Part shown: piece by piece, positions 49,891-59,672 of the stretch
How positions within the stretch are numbered: the first letter of the stretch is position 1
Layout: every line of letters starts with the position of its first letter
DNA from: Deltaproteobacteria bacterium
GTDB taxonomy: Bacteria; Myxococcota_A; UBA9160; SZUA-336
Reading direction: 5' to 3'
DNA: 64,000 bases
Assembly (NCBI GenBank): GCA_019311115.1
Contig: JAFDDB010000003.1
Span: 11,852-75,851 of the forward strand
Notes under the pieces: model-generated
The model's input: only the letters and a program-made list of their open reading frames with translations
Told to the model about the DNA's origin: nothing
The model's database searches: none
Made by a program: the position numbers and the translations under genes

Positions 49891-50438
49891 GCCGAGCCCT
49901 GCCGCACCAGCTCGTCGAGCGGCACCCCCGCCTGGTACTTGCCGAGCAGCTTCTCCGGGTCGTACTCGACACCGACCGGGTTCCGGGCGAACGCGCCGCC
50001 CGAGAAGAACTCATCCAGCTCCTGCGCAGTAGAGAAGTTGTCGTGCTGCAGCTCGACCTGGTTCCCGTCGGGGTCGCGGAAGTACATCGACGTCGTCGGC
50101 CCGTGGTTGATGCACCAGTACGGCTCGATGCCTCCGCTCTTGAGCCGCTCGTACGTGTGGAGCAGGTCGCCGAGCGACCCGTAGGTGTAGGCGATGTGGT
50201 CCACGCCGACGGAGCGGTCGGGCGGCTCCTCGAGTCCGGGCATCCGCGCGATCGCGAGCCTGTGGTGCTCGTCGTCGTAGGTCAGGAAGGCGATGAAGTC
50301 GTTCTCGAAGACCGTCGCCGGCTGGAGCAGAGTGCGCCACCAGGCGAGCAGCTCTGGAAAGCGCTTCGTCCGCAGCACGACGTGCGCGAACTTGCTGGGC
50401 GAGACCGGCTCGCTCCTCTCGGTCGAACGTGGGGACAT
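49887..50438 (-). CDS. VOC family protein (glyoxalase/extradiol-dioxygenase fold)
   Basis: FAHVVLRTKRF...VDHIAYTY...MYFRDPDGNQVEL. Confidence 0.75.
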   Translation of the reverse strand: MSPRSTERSEPVSPSKFAHVVLRTKRFPELLAWWRTLLQPATVFENDFIAFLTYDDEHHRLAIARMPGLEEPPDRSVGVDHIAYTYGSLGDLLHTYERLKSGGIEPYWCINHGPTTSMYFRDPDGNQVELQHDNFSTAQELDEFFSGGAFARNPVGVEYDPEKLLGKYQAGVPLDELVRQGSA

Positions 50439-50510
50439 CGGGTCCTCCCATTGGTCGGGCGTTGCCGGGCATTATACGGGCGCGGAAGGCGCGCTAGAAT
50501 CGGAAGCTTC

Positions 50511-50963
50511 ATGGCCTCGGACCTGGTACAGATCGGCAGCTTTCCCACCCCGGTCGCCGCGGAACTCGCCCGCGCGCGGCTCGCGGCCGAGGGCATCCGC
50601 GCCTTCCTGACCAACGAGATCGGCAGCAGCGCGGGTGGCGGAGGGGTCGGTCTCCAGGTCGCGGCCCTGGACGCGGACCGGGCCCTGGCGCTGCTCGCCT
50701 CGCCCGGAAGCGCCGCCGAACCGCGCAAGGACGAAGCCGCGGTGATGCGCTGCGTGATGTGCCGTTCTGCCGAGCTGGAGCGCGTCGACTGGCCGCTGCC
50801 GCTCCGCATCCTGCGCGCGATCTTCTTGATGGCCGTGCCGCTGCCTCCCGAGTGGTTCGGCGGGTCCCGGGTGCGTTGCCGGGTCTGCGGCCACGAGAGC
50901 GCCCTCCAGCGAGAAGGGCAGCCAGGACCGGGCGAAACCCCGCCGGATGCGCGGCATCCATGA
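50511..50963 (+). CDS. DUF2007 domain protein with C-terminal zinc-ribbon
   Basis: IGSFPTPVAAELARARLAAEGIRAFL is DUF2007-like. C-terminal CVMCRS...CRVCGH pair. Confidence 0.55.
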   Translation: MASDLVQIGSFPTPVAAELARARLAAEGIRAFLTNEIGSSAGGGGVGLQVAALDADRALALLASPGSAAEPRKDEAAVMRCVMCRSAELERVDWPLPLRILRAIFLMAVPLPPEWFGGSRVRCRVCGHESALQREGQPGPGETPPDARHP

Positions 50964-50985
50964 TGCTGTCGAGGAGGAACGTCCG

Positions 50986-51594
50986 ATGATCGTGCTCCAC
51001 ACCGCCGCCACGCCGAACGGCCGCAAGATCTCCATCGCGCTCGAGGAGCTCGACCTCCCCTACGAGGTGCGCTCCGTCAACCTGGGAGAAGAGGCGCAGC
51101 TCCGTCCCGAGTTCCTGGCGCTGAACCCGAACCACAAGATCCCGGTCCTCGAGGACGACGGCCTCGTCATCTGGGAGTCGGGCGCCATCCTGCTGCACCT
51201 GGCCGAGAAGTACGGCGGGCTGCTGCCGAAGGACCCGGCCGGACGCATGGCCGCCATCCAGTACGCGTTCTTCCAGACCGGCGGGATCGGGCCGAACCTG
51301 GGTCGCCTCGCGGCCCAGATCCGGCGTCCCGAGGCAGAGCGCAACCAGGAGATGATCGAGATCTTCAGCGGCGAGATGGACCGTCTGCTCGGCGTGCTCG
51401 ACCGCATCCTCGAGGACGGGCGCGAGTATCTCGCGGGCGAGTACTCGATCGGCGACATCATGCACGTGGGCTGGCTGCATCCCATGCTGAACCTGAAGGC
51501 GCCCATGCTGATGAACCGGCCGCGCGTCGTGGACTGGCTCGAGCGCATCATCGCGCGGCCCGCGGTGCAACGAGGGCTCGCCGTCCCGTCTTGA
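50986..51594 (+). CDS. glutathione S-transferase
   Basis: MIVLHTAATPNGRKISIALEEL...HKIPVLEDDGLVIWESGAI. Confidence 0.8.
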   Translation: MIVLHTAATPNGRKISIALEELDLPYEVRSVNLGEEAQLRPEFLALNPNHKIPVLEDDGLVIWESGAILLHLAEKYGGLLPKDPAGRMAAIQYAFFQTGGIGPNLGRLAAQIRRPEAERNQEMIEIFSGEMDRLLGVLDRILEDGREYLAGEYSIGDIMHVGWLHPMLNLKAPMLMNRPRVVDWLERIIARPAVQRGLAVPS

Positions 51595-51671
51595 ACGGTC
51601 GCAGCGCCGTCTTGAACGGTCGCAGCGCCGTCTTGAACCGCAGCAGCGCCGGGTCGAACCGTCGCGGCGCC
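51588..51671. repeat. tandem 21-nt repeat x4 (gtcttgaacggtcgcagcgcc, two perfect and two degenerate copies)
   Basis: Read directly. It spans the stop codon of the GST and ends 3 nt before the stop of the convergent MTHFR-like gene. Confidence 0.8.
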
Positions 51672-51673
51672 GA

Positions 51674-52540
51674 TCAGCGGTCGAGCGCTTCGTCGATCGC
51701 CGCGCAGAGGCGCTCCGCGAAGCCGGCCGGCGGGTCTGCGCGCGGGGTCAGGATCGCGACGCCGTCCGCGAGCGGGCTGGCGGCGAGGGCGCGCAGCTTC
51801 GCCGAGAAGTCCTCCCACGCTTCGGCCTCCGAACCGTGCGCGGACGGACGTACGCCGAGTCTTCGGGCGATGCGGCGCGCCGCGTCTGCGGGCACGCAGG
51901 GCATGAGCATCGGGACGATCGCGGCGGACGGCGCCCGCGACCTGACCTCGGCCGCCAACGCCTCGAACGGGGACGCGTCGAAGACCGGCTGCGTCTGCAC
52001 CAGGGTCGCACCGGCGTCGAGCTTGCGCAGCAGGTTGTGCAGCACGCGGTCTCGCGGTCCGTACTGGTTCATGGTCACGCCGACGCGCATCTCCGGACAG
52101 ACGTCGCGCAGCAACGCCACGACCTCGTGGACGCGTGGCGTCGCCGGCCCGTCCTTGTCGGTGCCCTCGCCGCGAATGCAGAGCGCGCTGCGCAGGCCGC
52201 CCGCCGCAGCGCGACGTGCATCGGACTCGATGTCGGCGCGCGCCTGGCCGCGGTTCACGACGTGCCAGACCGCCTCGAAGCCCGCGTCGGCCAGCAGCAG
52301 CGAGGCCTCCAGGCTCGGAAGACGATCGCTTCGCTGGATGACGTGAATGGCCTGCGCGCGGCCGTCCGTCAGGCGCGCGCGGCGAAGCAGGATCTCAGGC
52401 CGTAGCTCGCGCGGCGAGGTGATCTCGAGCGCGACGGGGAAACGCCCGTCGCGAAGCGCGTCGGCGAACGGCGACGGAGTGTCGGGTGCGGGGAACCGGG
52501 TCACCCCGCTAGCGTAGGAACTCCAGGATTGCGTCGGCAA
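51674..52540 (-). CDS. methylenetetrahydrofolate reductase-like protein
   Basis: 288 aa; VALEITSPR...VTMNQYGP...LVQTQPVFD pattern of the MTHFR TIM barrel. Confidence 0.65.
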   Translation of the reverse strand: MPTQSWSSYASGVTRFPAPDTPSPFADALRDGRFPVALEITSPRELRPEILLRRARLTDGRAQAIHVIQRSDRLPSLEASLLLADAGFEAVWHVVNRGQARADIESDARRAAAGGLRSALCIRGEGTDKDGPATPRVHEVVALLRDVCPEMRVGVTMNQYGPRDRVLHNLLRKLDAGATLVQTQPVFDASPFEALAAEVRSRAPSAAIVPMLMPCVPADAARRIARRLGVRPSAHGSEAEAWEDFSAKLRALAASPLADGVAILTPRADPPAGFAERLCAAIDEALDR

Positions 52541-53288
52541 CGGCCTCGGGCGCGTCGAACCACGCCGCGTGACCCGCGCCTTCGATCGACCGAACGATCG
52601 TCGGTCCCGAGATCGCGTTCGCGAAGCGCTTGGCGTAGCTGGCTGGAATCAGCCGGTCCTCGCTCCCCCACAGAATCAGGGTCTCGTTGCGCAGCCGGTG
52701 GAGCCGCTTCGCGACGCCGGTGTCGGTCGTCGGCCAGAGCAGGCGCGCGGCGGTCTCCGAGGCCCGCAGCAGCATGACCTGGTGCTCGATCGGGTCTCCG
52801 CCCTCGGGCACCGCCATGGCCGCGGCGAGCTTCTCGGGGGCTGCGCTCAGCAGGCTCACGTCGCCGGGCCTCACGGCCCACGCATCCGTGACCGGCTCGG
52901 AGTCTTCCCACAAGCCGAACGGCGCGACGAGCGCCAGGCGCCGGACCAGCCCCGGCGCGAAGATCGCGGCCTCCATCGACAGCGTCGCTCCGACCGACGT
53001 TCCGACCAGGTCGGCTCCCGCGACCCCCGCGGCCTCGAGCAGGTCGAGAGTGGCCGCGATCCAGTCGACGTGGCCGTCGATGCGATCGTGCCCCAGGCCG
53101 CCGGGAAAACCGGGAATCGACGGCACGACGACGCGCCGCTCGGCGCTGAGTCTCTCGAGGAAGGGCGACCACTCGAGCGCGCCCGGTGCACCGAGCAGCA
53201 CTCCGAGAAGGGGCCCGTCGCCCTTCTCCCAGACCCGGCAGGGCCGTCCATTGACCTCGACGCTGCGCTCCGAAACCGCGCTCACGAC
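52509..53288 (-). CDS. alpha/beta hydrolase
   Basis: GTSVGATLSMEAA nucleophile elbow, ...GSEDRLIP...GAGHAAW. The start is approximate. Confidence 0.7.
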   Translation of the reverse strand, partial: VVSAVSERSVEVNGRPCRVWEKGDGPLLGVLLGAPGALEWSPFLERLSAERRVVVPSIPGFPGGLGHDRIDGHVDWIAATLDLLEAAGVAGADLVGTSVGATLSMEAAIFAPGLVRRLALVAPFGLWEDSEPVTDAWAVRPGDVSLLSAAPEKLAAAMAVPEGGDPIEHQVMLLRASETAARLLWPTTDTGVAKRLHRLRNETLILWGSEDRLIPASYAKRFANAISGPTIVRSIEGAGHAAWFDAPEAVADAILEFLR

Positions 53289-54526
53289 GCCACCGGACGA
53301 GGCTCGGCGCGCCGACCCGAGGCGAGCGGCTTCGGCCACCACTCGTTCTCCCACTCGTCCTCGAACAGCCCCTGTAGCTGGGGCATGACCTTCGAGGCGA
53401 AGAGCTCGGAGTTGTGCATCGTCAGCTCCTTGCTCATGTTGCCGAACTGGAGCAGGAGCATGAGCTGACCGACGTTGAGCGACGTCGCGACGGTGCGCAG
53501 CTGATCGGCCACCTCGTCGGGACTGCCGATGACGACGTAGCCCTGCTCGACGATCTGGTCGAAGTCCTGGGCGATCGCCGGCCCCCCGCCCGCCCCCGCC
53601 GCCTGCGACACCATCGAGCGTACACGCGCGCGCACGCTGGCCTCGGTCGTGTAGCCCGGCGGCGCCGCAAAGCGCGGGTCGATGTGAAGGCAGCGGCCGT
53701 AGAAGTACTCGGCCGGCTCACGGTACAGCTTCATCGCCTCTTCGCGCGTGTCGGCCACGCCGACGAACTGGAGGAAGCCCGCCCTGAAGGGGTTCCGGTC
53801 CTTGCCCAGCTCGTCCATCTCGTTCCAGAAGCCCTGCATCGTCGCCAGGCCCCGCTTGTACCCGAAATACGACAGGTACGCGTACACGTAGTCCATCTCG
53901 GCGCACCAACGCCAGGTCTCGACCGAGCCGCCGCCGGGAATCCAGATCGGCGGGTGCGGCTTCTGGATCGGGCGCGGCCACACGTTGACGTAGCGCTGCT
54001 TGTTGAAGCGGCCGTTCCAGGTGAACGGCTCGCGCGAGGTCCACGCCTTCATGATCAGGTCGTGCGCTTCGTAGTAGCGGTCGCGCAGCGTGCTCGGGTT
54101 CTGCCCGTACGCGTAGCAGGTGTCCATCGGCGTGCCGACGGGGAACCCGGCGACGAGCCGCCCGCCCGAGATGCAGTCGAGCATCGCCATCTCTTCAGCG
54201 ATGCGCGTCGGCGGATTGTAGAGCGCCAGCGAGTTGCCCATGACCACGATCGCAGCGTCGCGCGTGCGGCGGGCGAGCGTCGACGCGATCAGGTTCGGGG
54301 ACGGCATCAGCCCGTAGCCGTTCGAGTGGTGCTCGTTCACGCAGATGCCGTCGAACCCCTGCTCGGCCGCGTGCTCGAGCTCGTCCATGAAATCGTTGTA
54401 GATGGTGTGTACGAACGCGGGATCGAGCAGTCCCGAGTCGATGTCGACCCAGACCCCCGGGTGCTTCTCGCGAAAGTCGTCCGGGAGATCCGTGTACGGC
54501 ATCAAGTGGAACCAGCAGAGCTTCAC
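53282..54526 (-). CDS. LLM-class flavin-dependent oxidoreductase (luciferase-like monooxygenase)
   Basis: MKLCWFHLMPY...ICVNEHHSNGYGLMPSPNLIAS. Confidence 0.8.
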   Translation of the reverse strand: MKLCWFHLMPYTDLPDDFREKHPGVWVDIDSGLLDPAFVHTIYNDFMDELEHAAEQGFDGICVNEHHSNGYGLMPSPNLIASTLARRTRDAAIVVMGNSLALYNPPTRIAEEMAMLDCISGGRLVAGFPVGTPMDTCYAYGQNPSTLRDRYYEAHDLIMKAWTSREPFTWNGRFNKQRYVNVWPRPIQKPHPPIWIPGGGSVETWRWCAEMDYVYAYLSYFGYKRGLATMQGFWNEMDELGKDRNPFRAGFLQFVGVADTREEAMKLYREPAEYFYGRCLHIDPRFAAPPGYTTEASVRARVRSMVSQAAGAGGGPAIAQDFDQIVEQGYVVIGSPDEVADQLRTVATSLNVGQLMLLLQFGNMSKELTMHNSELFASKVMPQLQGLFEDEWENEWWPKPLASGRRAEPRPVAS

Positions 54527-54527
54527 G

Positions 54528-55301
54528 TCACTTGCCCTTCCACTTCGGCGACCGCTTCTCGGCGAACGCGCGTGGCCCCTCGATGAAATCCTCGGACCCG
54601 TACATGGCGACGATCTCGTCGTAACGCTGCGCCATCGCCTCCTCGACGCCTGCGAAGGCCAGGCCGCGCGTCGCCGCGGCCTTGCTGGCGCGGACCGACA
54701 GCGGCGCGCACTCCAGGATCTGCTCGGCCCAGCCGCGCGCCGCCTTCATCAGCTGGTCGGCGGGCACGACCTCGTTCGCGATCCCGAGCCGTACGGCCTC
54801 GTCCGCCGGAACGCGCCGTCCGGTGAGCAGCATTCCCATGGCGGGCTTCAGTCCGATCTGGCGCGGAAGCCGGTGGATGCCGCCGGCGAGCGCGGCCAGT
54901 CCGACGCGCGGCTCGGGAAGCGCGAAGATAGCGTTCTCCGACGCTACGATGATGTCGCAGGCCAGCGCGATCTCGAAGCCGCCGCCCATCGCGACGCCGT
55001 TCACCGCCGCGATCACCGGCTTGGCATTGTCGTGGCGCGCGGTGAGGCCGGCGAAGCCCGAGTCCGGCGACCACATCTTGCCGCCCGAGGCCTGGTACTT
55101 CAGGTCGTTGCCCGCACTGAACGCGCGCTCGCCGGCTCCGGTGATGATCGCGACCCACTGGTCGGGGTCGGCTACGAACTCGTCGAACGCGGCCGCCAAC
55201 TCGTCGTTGGCCGGCGGGTGCAGCGCGTTCATGACTTCGGGGCGGTTGATGGTGACGATGGTCACGCGCCCGTCGCGCTCGACCTTGCAGAACTCGGCCA
55301 T
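54528..55301 (-). CDS. enoyl-CoA hydratase/isomerase family protein
   Basis: VTINRPEVMNAL...AVNGVAMGGGFEIALACDIIVAS. Confidence 0.85.
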   Translation of the reverse strand: MAEFCKVERDGRVTIVTINRPEVMNALHPPANDELAAAFDEFVADPDQWVAIITGAGERAFSAGNDLKYQASGGKMWSPDSGFAGLTARHDNAKPVIAAVNGVAMGGGFEIALACDIIVASENAIFALPEPRVGLAALAGGIHRLPRQIGLKPAMGMLLTGRRVPADEAVRLGIANEVVPADQLMKAARGWAEQILECAPLSVRASKAAATRGLAFAGVEEAMAQRYDEIVAMYGSEDFIEGPRAFAEKRSPKWKGK

Positions 55302-55420
55302 GGCAGATCCTCCGCGCGGGCCGCGCCGTCGTCGCGGAAGGGTCCGCTGGGCAGGCCGCTGGCGCCGAGGGTACCATGCGGCCCGCTGGCTCCCGAGTGG
55401 CGCCCGGCGAGGAGGTTCCC

Positions 55421-56191
55421 TTGGACGACCTGTTCTCGGTAGAAGGAAAGTCGGTTCTGGTCACGGGCGGGTCCCGCGGCATCGGCCTGATGATCGCGCG
55501 CGGCTTCGCGGAGCGGGGCGCGCGCGTCTACGTGTCTTCGCGCAACGCCGAGGCCTGCGACACCGTCGCCGGCGAACTCTCGAAGGCGGGGAACTGCTTC
55601 TCGCTGCCCGCCGACCTGTCCACGCAGGACGGCGTGCTCGGCCTGGCCCGCGAGATGAGCGAGCGCGAACCGGCGCTCGACGTGCTCGTGAACAACGCCG
55701 GCGCGAACTGGGGCGAGCCGTACGAGCAGTTCCCGGAGTCCGGCTGGGACAAGGTCATGACGCTCAACGTCAAGTCGATCTTCTTCCTGACGCGCGAGCT
55801 GACACCCGCCCTGCGCAATGCGGCCAGCCCCGACTCGCCCTCGCGGGTCATCAACATCGGCTCGATCGACGGGCTGAAGGTGCCGGGCCTCGAGACCTAC
55901 GCGTACTCGGCGTCGAAGGCCGCCGTCCACCACTTGACCCGGGTGCTCGCCGGCAAGCTGGCGCCCGACGACATCACGGTGAACGCGATCGCCCCCGGTC
56001 CGTTCGAGAGCAAGATGATGGCCGCGACGCTGGCGGCGGCGGGCGACGCGATTGCCCGGACCAATCCCCGAAAGCGGATAGGCGTGCCGGACGACATGGC
56101 GGGCGTGGCGGTGTTCCTCGCCTCGAAGGCGTCCGCGTACATCACCGGCGCGGTGATTCCGGTCGACGGGGGTATCAGTACGACTCTCTGA
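55421..56191 (+). CDS. SDR family oxidoreductase
   Basis: VLVTGGSRGIGLMIA...NNAG...YSASKAAV. TTG start after a GAGGAGG RBS. The start is uncertain. Confidence 0.8.
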   Translation: MDDLFSVEGKSVLVTGGSRGIGLMIARGFAERGARVYVSSRNAEACDTVAGELSKAGNCFSLPADLSTQDGVLGLAREMSEREPALDVLVNNAGANWGEPYEQFPESGWDKVMTLNVKSIFFLTRELTPALRNAASPDSPSRVINIGSIDGLKVPGLETYAYSASKAAVHHLTRVLAGKLAPDDITVNAIAPGPFESKMMAATLAAAGDAIARTNPRKRIGVPDDMAGVAVFLASKASAYITGAVIPVDGGISTTL

Positions 56192-56292
56192 CCGTATCGA
56201 TTCGGGACAGTTCCTCTGCTGCGATACGTCATCGAATCCGATGACCCTGGAACTGGGGTGGTAGCCACCATTCGACGCGCTAAGGTCAGAAC

Positions 56293-57048
56293 GTGACTTC
56301 CACCGACGAGCGAGTGTCGGTCTCCGACCAGGTACTTCGCGAACTGCGGCACCAGATCCTGACTGGCGAACTCTCGCCGGGTGACACGTTGCCGGGGGAG
56401 CGTGCGCTGAGCAAGCGCTTCGGTGTCAACCGAGGGGCGGTACGCGAGTCCCTGAAGCGCCTCGAGCAGTCGGGCCTGATCAAGATCCAGCACGGTGAGT
56501 CCACGCGCATCCTCGACTTCCGGCACGCCGGAACGCTCGATGTGATGACCGAGCTGGTCGACATGCCCGGGGGGAAGGTCGATCTCGAAGCATTGCGCGG
56601 GCTGCTGCTGCTTAGTATCAGCGCGTGCACCGCCGCGGCCCGGCTCGCTGCGGGAGCCCACCCCGAGGCTGGCGAGGTGCTGCATGTCGAGATCGCGAAG
56701 CTCGAGTCCGCCCAGGGCGTCGTGCGGGCGATCGTCGCGGCTCGCATCGCCTACTGGGACGTGCTCTTCGAGGCATGCGGCGACCTGGGGCACCGCATGC
56801 TCTGGAACTCGATCCAGAAGGCGGCGTTGCCCTTCGCGCGGTTCGTCGAGGAGCACTATGTCGACTCGACGACCGAAGTCGATTACCTGGAGCGAATCGC
56901 AAAGACGGTGACCGAAGGCGACCCGGAAGCGGCCGAGCGCGCGGTGCGCGAGGCGTCGCAGTACGGGGTCGTTCCGCTCCTGAGCCGGATCAAGGCGCGA
57001 CGGGAACGCGGTGAGCGTTTCGTGATTCTGGAGCCGCTGACAGGCTAG
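56293..57048 (+). CDS. GntR family transcriptional regulator (FadR subfamily)
   Basis: LPGERALSKRFGVNRGAVRESLKRLEQSGLIKI wHTH plus FCD-like C-terminus. GTG start. Confidence 0.8.
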   Translation: MTSTDERVSVSDQVLRELRHQILTGELSPGDTLPGERALSKRFGVNRGAVRESLKRLEQSGLIKIQHGESTRILDFRHAGTLDVMTELVDMPGGKVDLEALRGLLLLSISACTAAARLAAGAHPEAGEVLHVEIAKLESAQGVVRAIVAARIAYWDVLFEACGDLGHRMLWNSIQKAALPFARFVEEHYVDSTTEVDYLERIAKTVTEGDPEAAERAVREASQYGVVPLLSRIKARRERGERFVILEPLTG

Positions 57049-57059
57049 AATCCGGCGCC

Positions 57060-58385
57060 TTGTCGCCGCCCTCCCCCACTCCTGCCGCGCCTGCTTCTTC
57101 GATCGATGGAGGGGGCATCCCGAGCGAGCGCGAGTTCCTCGAGCAGGTGCACGCGAACCTGCCCCGGAACTACTCCGCGCACCTGCTGCACGGCCTGCTC
57201 GGCCAGACGGGCTTCCGCCTGGTGCAGGCCCCGACCTTCGTGCCCGCCTACCTGCAACTGCTCTCGGGCTCCGACCTCGTCGTCGGCCTCGCGCGCGGCG
57301 CCCAGGCCCTGGGCCAGTGCCTGACGCCGATCTTCGGCGCGACGCTGATCGAGCACCGCCGCCGGGTCCTCGGTCTCGGCCTCGTCGTCGGCGCACTCAT
57401 GCGCCTGCAGGTGCTGTTCTTCGCGCTGGCGGGGCTGCTGCTGGTCGGGAACCTGCGCATCGCCGCCATCTGCGGCTTCCTCGCGCTCTTCGGCCTTTTC
57501 ATGGGCATGCAGGGCGTCATCTTCAACGTCCTCCGCTCCAAGGTGATCCCCGTCGAGCGCCGTGGCGTGCTGTCGGGACTGCGCAACGCGCTGGCCGGAC
57601 TGGTCAGCTCCGGCGTCGCGTACCTGGGCGGGCGTTACCTGGTCGAGCCGAACGTGCTCGGCAACGGCTACGCCGTCACCTTCCTGGTCGCGTTTGGGTT
57701 CACCACGATGGGCCTGGCGTCGCTCCTGCTGATGAAGGAGCCCGCCTCTCCGACGGTGCGCGTACGGACGTCCGTAACGGGAAGACTGCGCGACGCGCTC
57801 CCGTTGCTGCGCGCGGATCGCGACTACGCGGGCTACGTGGTCGCTCGCGCGTGCGCGCGCATGGGGCAGATGTCGCTGCCGTTCTGCATCCTCTACGCGA
57901 AGACCCAGATGGTCGTCGACGGTGGCGACCTCGGGCTGATCACGGCCGCGTGGCAGCTCTCGAGCACCACGACGGGGCTCTTCTGGGGACTGGTCGCGGA
58001 CCGCACCGGCTTCCGGCTGATCTTCCTGGTTTCGATCGCGATCTGGATGGCCTCGGTCGCTGCGCTGATCGCGAGCGCAGGCTTCGTCGCGCTGCTGCTG
58101 GTGTTCATCGGCATCGGAGCCGGCATGGGCGGGTTCCAGATGGCGGCGCAGAACATGGTGCTCGAGTTCGGGGGGCGGGAGGACCTGCCCCTGCGCATCG
58201 CCCTGACGAACACGACGGCCGAGATCGTGGGGGTGATCGGTCCCGTCTCGGGCGGATTGATCGCGCTGTGGTTCGGCTATCTGCCCGTCTTCTGGGTGGC
58301 GCTCGCGTTCCAAGGCGCCGCGCTCGCGATCATGTGGCTCCGCGTCAGAGAGCCACGGACCCGCGGAGAGCTGGTGCTGGAGTAG
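57060..58385 (+). CDS. MFS transporter
   Basis: 12 predicted TM helices; pseudo-repeat of 6-TM halves. Confidence 0.75.
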   Translation: MSPPSPTPAAPASSIDGGGIPSEREFLEQVHANLPRNYSAHLLHGLLGQTGFRLVQAPTFVPAYLQLLSGSDLVVGLARGAQALGQCLTPIFGATLIEHRRRVLGLGLVVGALMRLQVLFFALAGLLLVGNLRIAAICGFLALFGLFMGMQGVIFNVLRSKVIPVERRGVLSGLRNALAGLVSSGVAYLGGRYLVEPNVLGNGYAVTFLVAFGFTTMGLASLLLMKEPASPTVRVRTSVTGRLRDALPLLRADRDYAGYVVARACARMGQMSLPFCILYAKTQMVVDGGDLGLITAAWQLSSTTTGLFWGLVADRTGFRLIFLVSIAIWMASVAALIASAGFVALLLVFIGIGAGMGGFQMAAQNMVLEFGGREDLPLRIALTNTTAEIVGVIGPVSGGLIALWFGYLPVFWVALAFQGAALAIMWLRVREPRTRGELVLE

Positions 58386-59604
58386 CCTCGACCGCCCGGC
58401 GGCGAGCCAGCTCGTCCGCGAAGCGTGCGGCCGCGTCGACGACGCGGTGTGTGCGTGCGGACCAGAAGCACTCGAAGGCGTGCTGCGCGCCGGGGATCTC
58501 GGCCCAGAGCACCGGCTCGTCCGAGACCTCGCGCAGGCGCTCGACGAAGCGGCGGGCCTGGCCGATCGGCACCAGCGTGTCGGCGTCTCCGTGGATCACG
58601 AAGAAGGGCGGCGCGTGCGCGCCCGCGCGAGCGAGCGGCGAGCCGCGCTCGTAGGCGTCGGGGTCCTCTTCGACCGCGTCCTTCATCACGCGCTCCTCGA
58701 GCAGGCGCCGCACCCCGTCGTGCGGCCAGTCTCCCGCGCGGTCGGCCAGGTCGTACACGCCGTAGAACGAGATGCAGCCCTGCACCGCCGTGTCGGCGGA
58801 CTCGAAGCCCGGCTGGTACTCCGGATCGTTCGCGGTCAACGCGAAGAGCGACGCCAGGTGGCCGCCGGCGGACCCGCCGGTCACGACCACGAAGTCGGGA
58901 TCGAGCGCGTACGTGTCGGCCTGCTGCCGCAGCCAGACGAGCGCGCGCTTCACGTCCACCAGGTGGTCCGGGAACGTCGCCGCGGGGCTCAGCCGGTAGT
59001 CGACGGACGCGCAGGCCCAGCCGCGCGCCGCGAGCGTGTGCAGCAGAGGCAGCGCCTGCGTCCGGCGGTCCCCCATGATCCATCCGCCGCCGTGGATCTG
59101 CAGCAGCAGCGGGCTACGCTCGCTGGTGTCGGACGACGCGGGACGGTAGAGGTCGAGCCGCAGGTTCGAGCCGCGGACGCGGGCGAACTGCAGGCCACGC
59201 TGCACCTGGACGCCGGGGGGCACCTTGGGGATGGGCAGGGCGAGACGGTTCCAGTCGTGCGCGGCGCGCGGACCGGCACCCGCGGAGCCGAAGCCCTCGC
59301 GCAGCGCCCGCTCGACCGCCACCCCCGCCCGCTCGCCGCGGATGTAGGCCACGCCGAGCCCGGCCCAGGATGCGACGCTGACCGCGAGCCCGAGTCGCCC
59401 GGCGCCGTCCTCGAACGCCCCGAAGACCGCGAAGACCCCCGTGACCACCACCTGGAACGCGATGGCGTGGAGCGCCAACTCACCCGTGAGCCAGCCCGCC
59501 AGCCAGGAGACCGTCGAAAGTACCGGGTGGGACGCGTTGGGGCGCCAGACGTTGACGGTGAACGCCGCGCCCAACGCGCTCAGCAAGAGATAGAGCCAGC
59601 CCAC
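58345..59604 (-). CDS. alpha/beta hydrolase-fold esterase/lipase with N-terminal TM anchor
   Basis: HGGGW oxyanion motif, GGSAGG nucleophile elbow, HGDAD. Confidence 0.8.
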   Translation of the reverse strand: MGWLYLLLSALGAAFTVNVWRPNASHPVLSTVSWLAGWLTGELALHAIAFQVVVTGVFAVFGAFEDGAGRLGLAVSVASWAGLGVAYIRGERAGVAVERALREGFGSAGAGPRAAHDWNRLALPIPKVPPGVQVQRGLQFARVRGSNLRLDLYRPASSDTSERSPLLLQIHGGGWIMGDRRTQALPLLHTLAARGWACASVDYRLSPAATFPDHLVDVKRALVWLRQQADTYALDPDFVVVTGGSAGGHLASLFALTANDPEYQPGFESADTAVQGCISFYGVYDLADRAGDWPHDGVRRLLEERVMKDAVEEDPDAYERGSPLARAGAHAPPFFVIHGDADTLVPIGQARRFVERLREVSDEPVLWAEIPGAQHAFECFWSARTHRVVDAAARFADELARRRAVEATPAPALRGSVAL

Positions 59605-59672
59605 GCAGGCATTCTAGCGCGCCCGGGTCTTCGCTTGACGGAACGACGGACTCCCTGCTAAGACGCGGAGTT

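Noticed and set aside
51640-51662. tRNA T-arm-like string gggtcgaaccgtcgcgg
   Set aside because: It is part of the degenerate fourth copy of the 21-nt tandem repeat. There is no acceptor stem or anticodon arm, so it is not a tRNA.
51588-51671. Possible CRISPR array
   Set aside because: The repeats are directly abutting with no spacers, the unit is 21 nt, and there are no cas genes. It is a simple tandem repeat.
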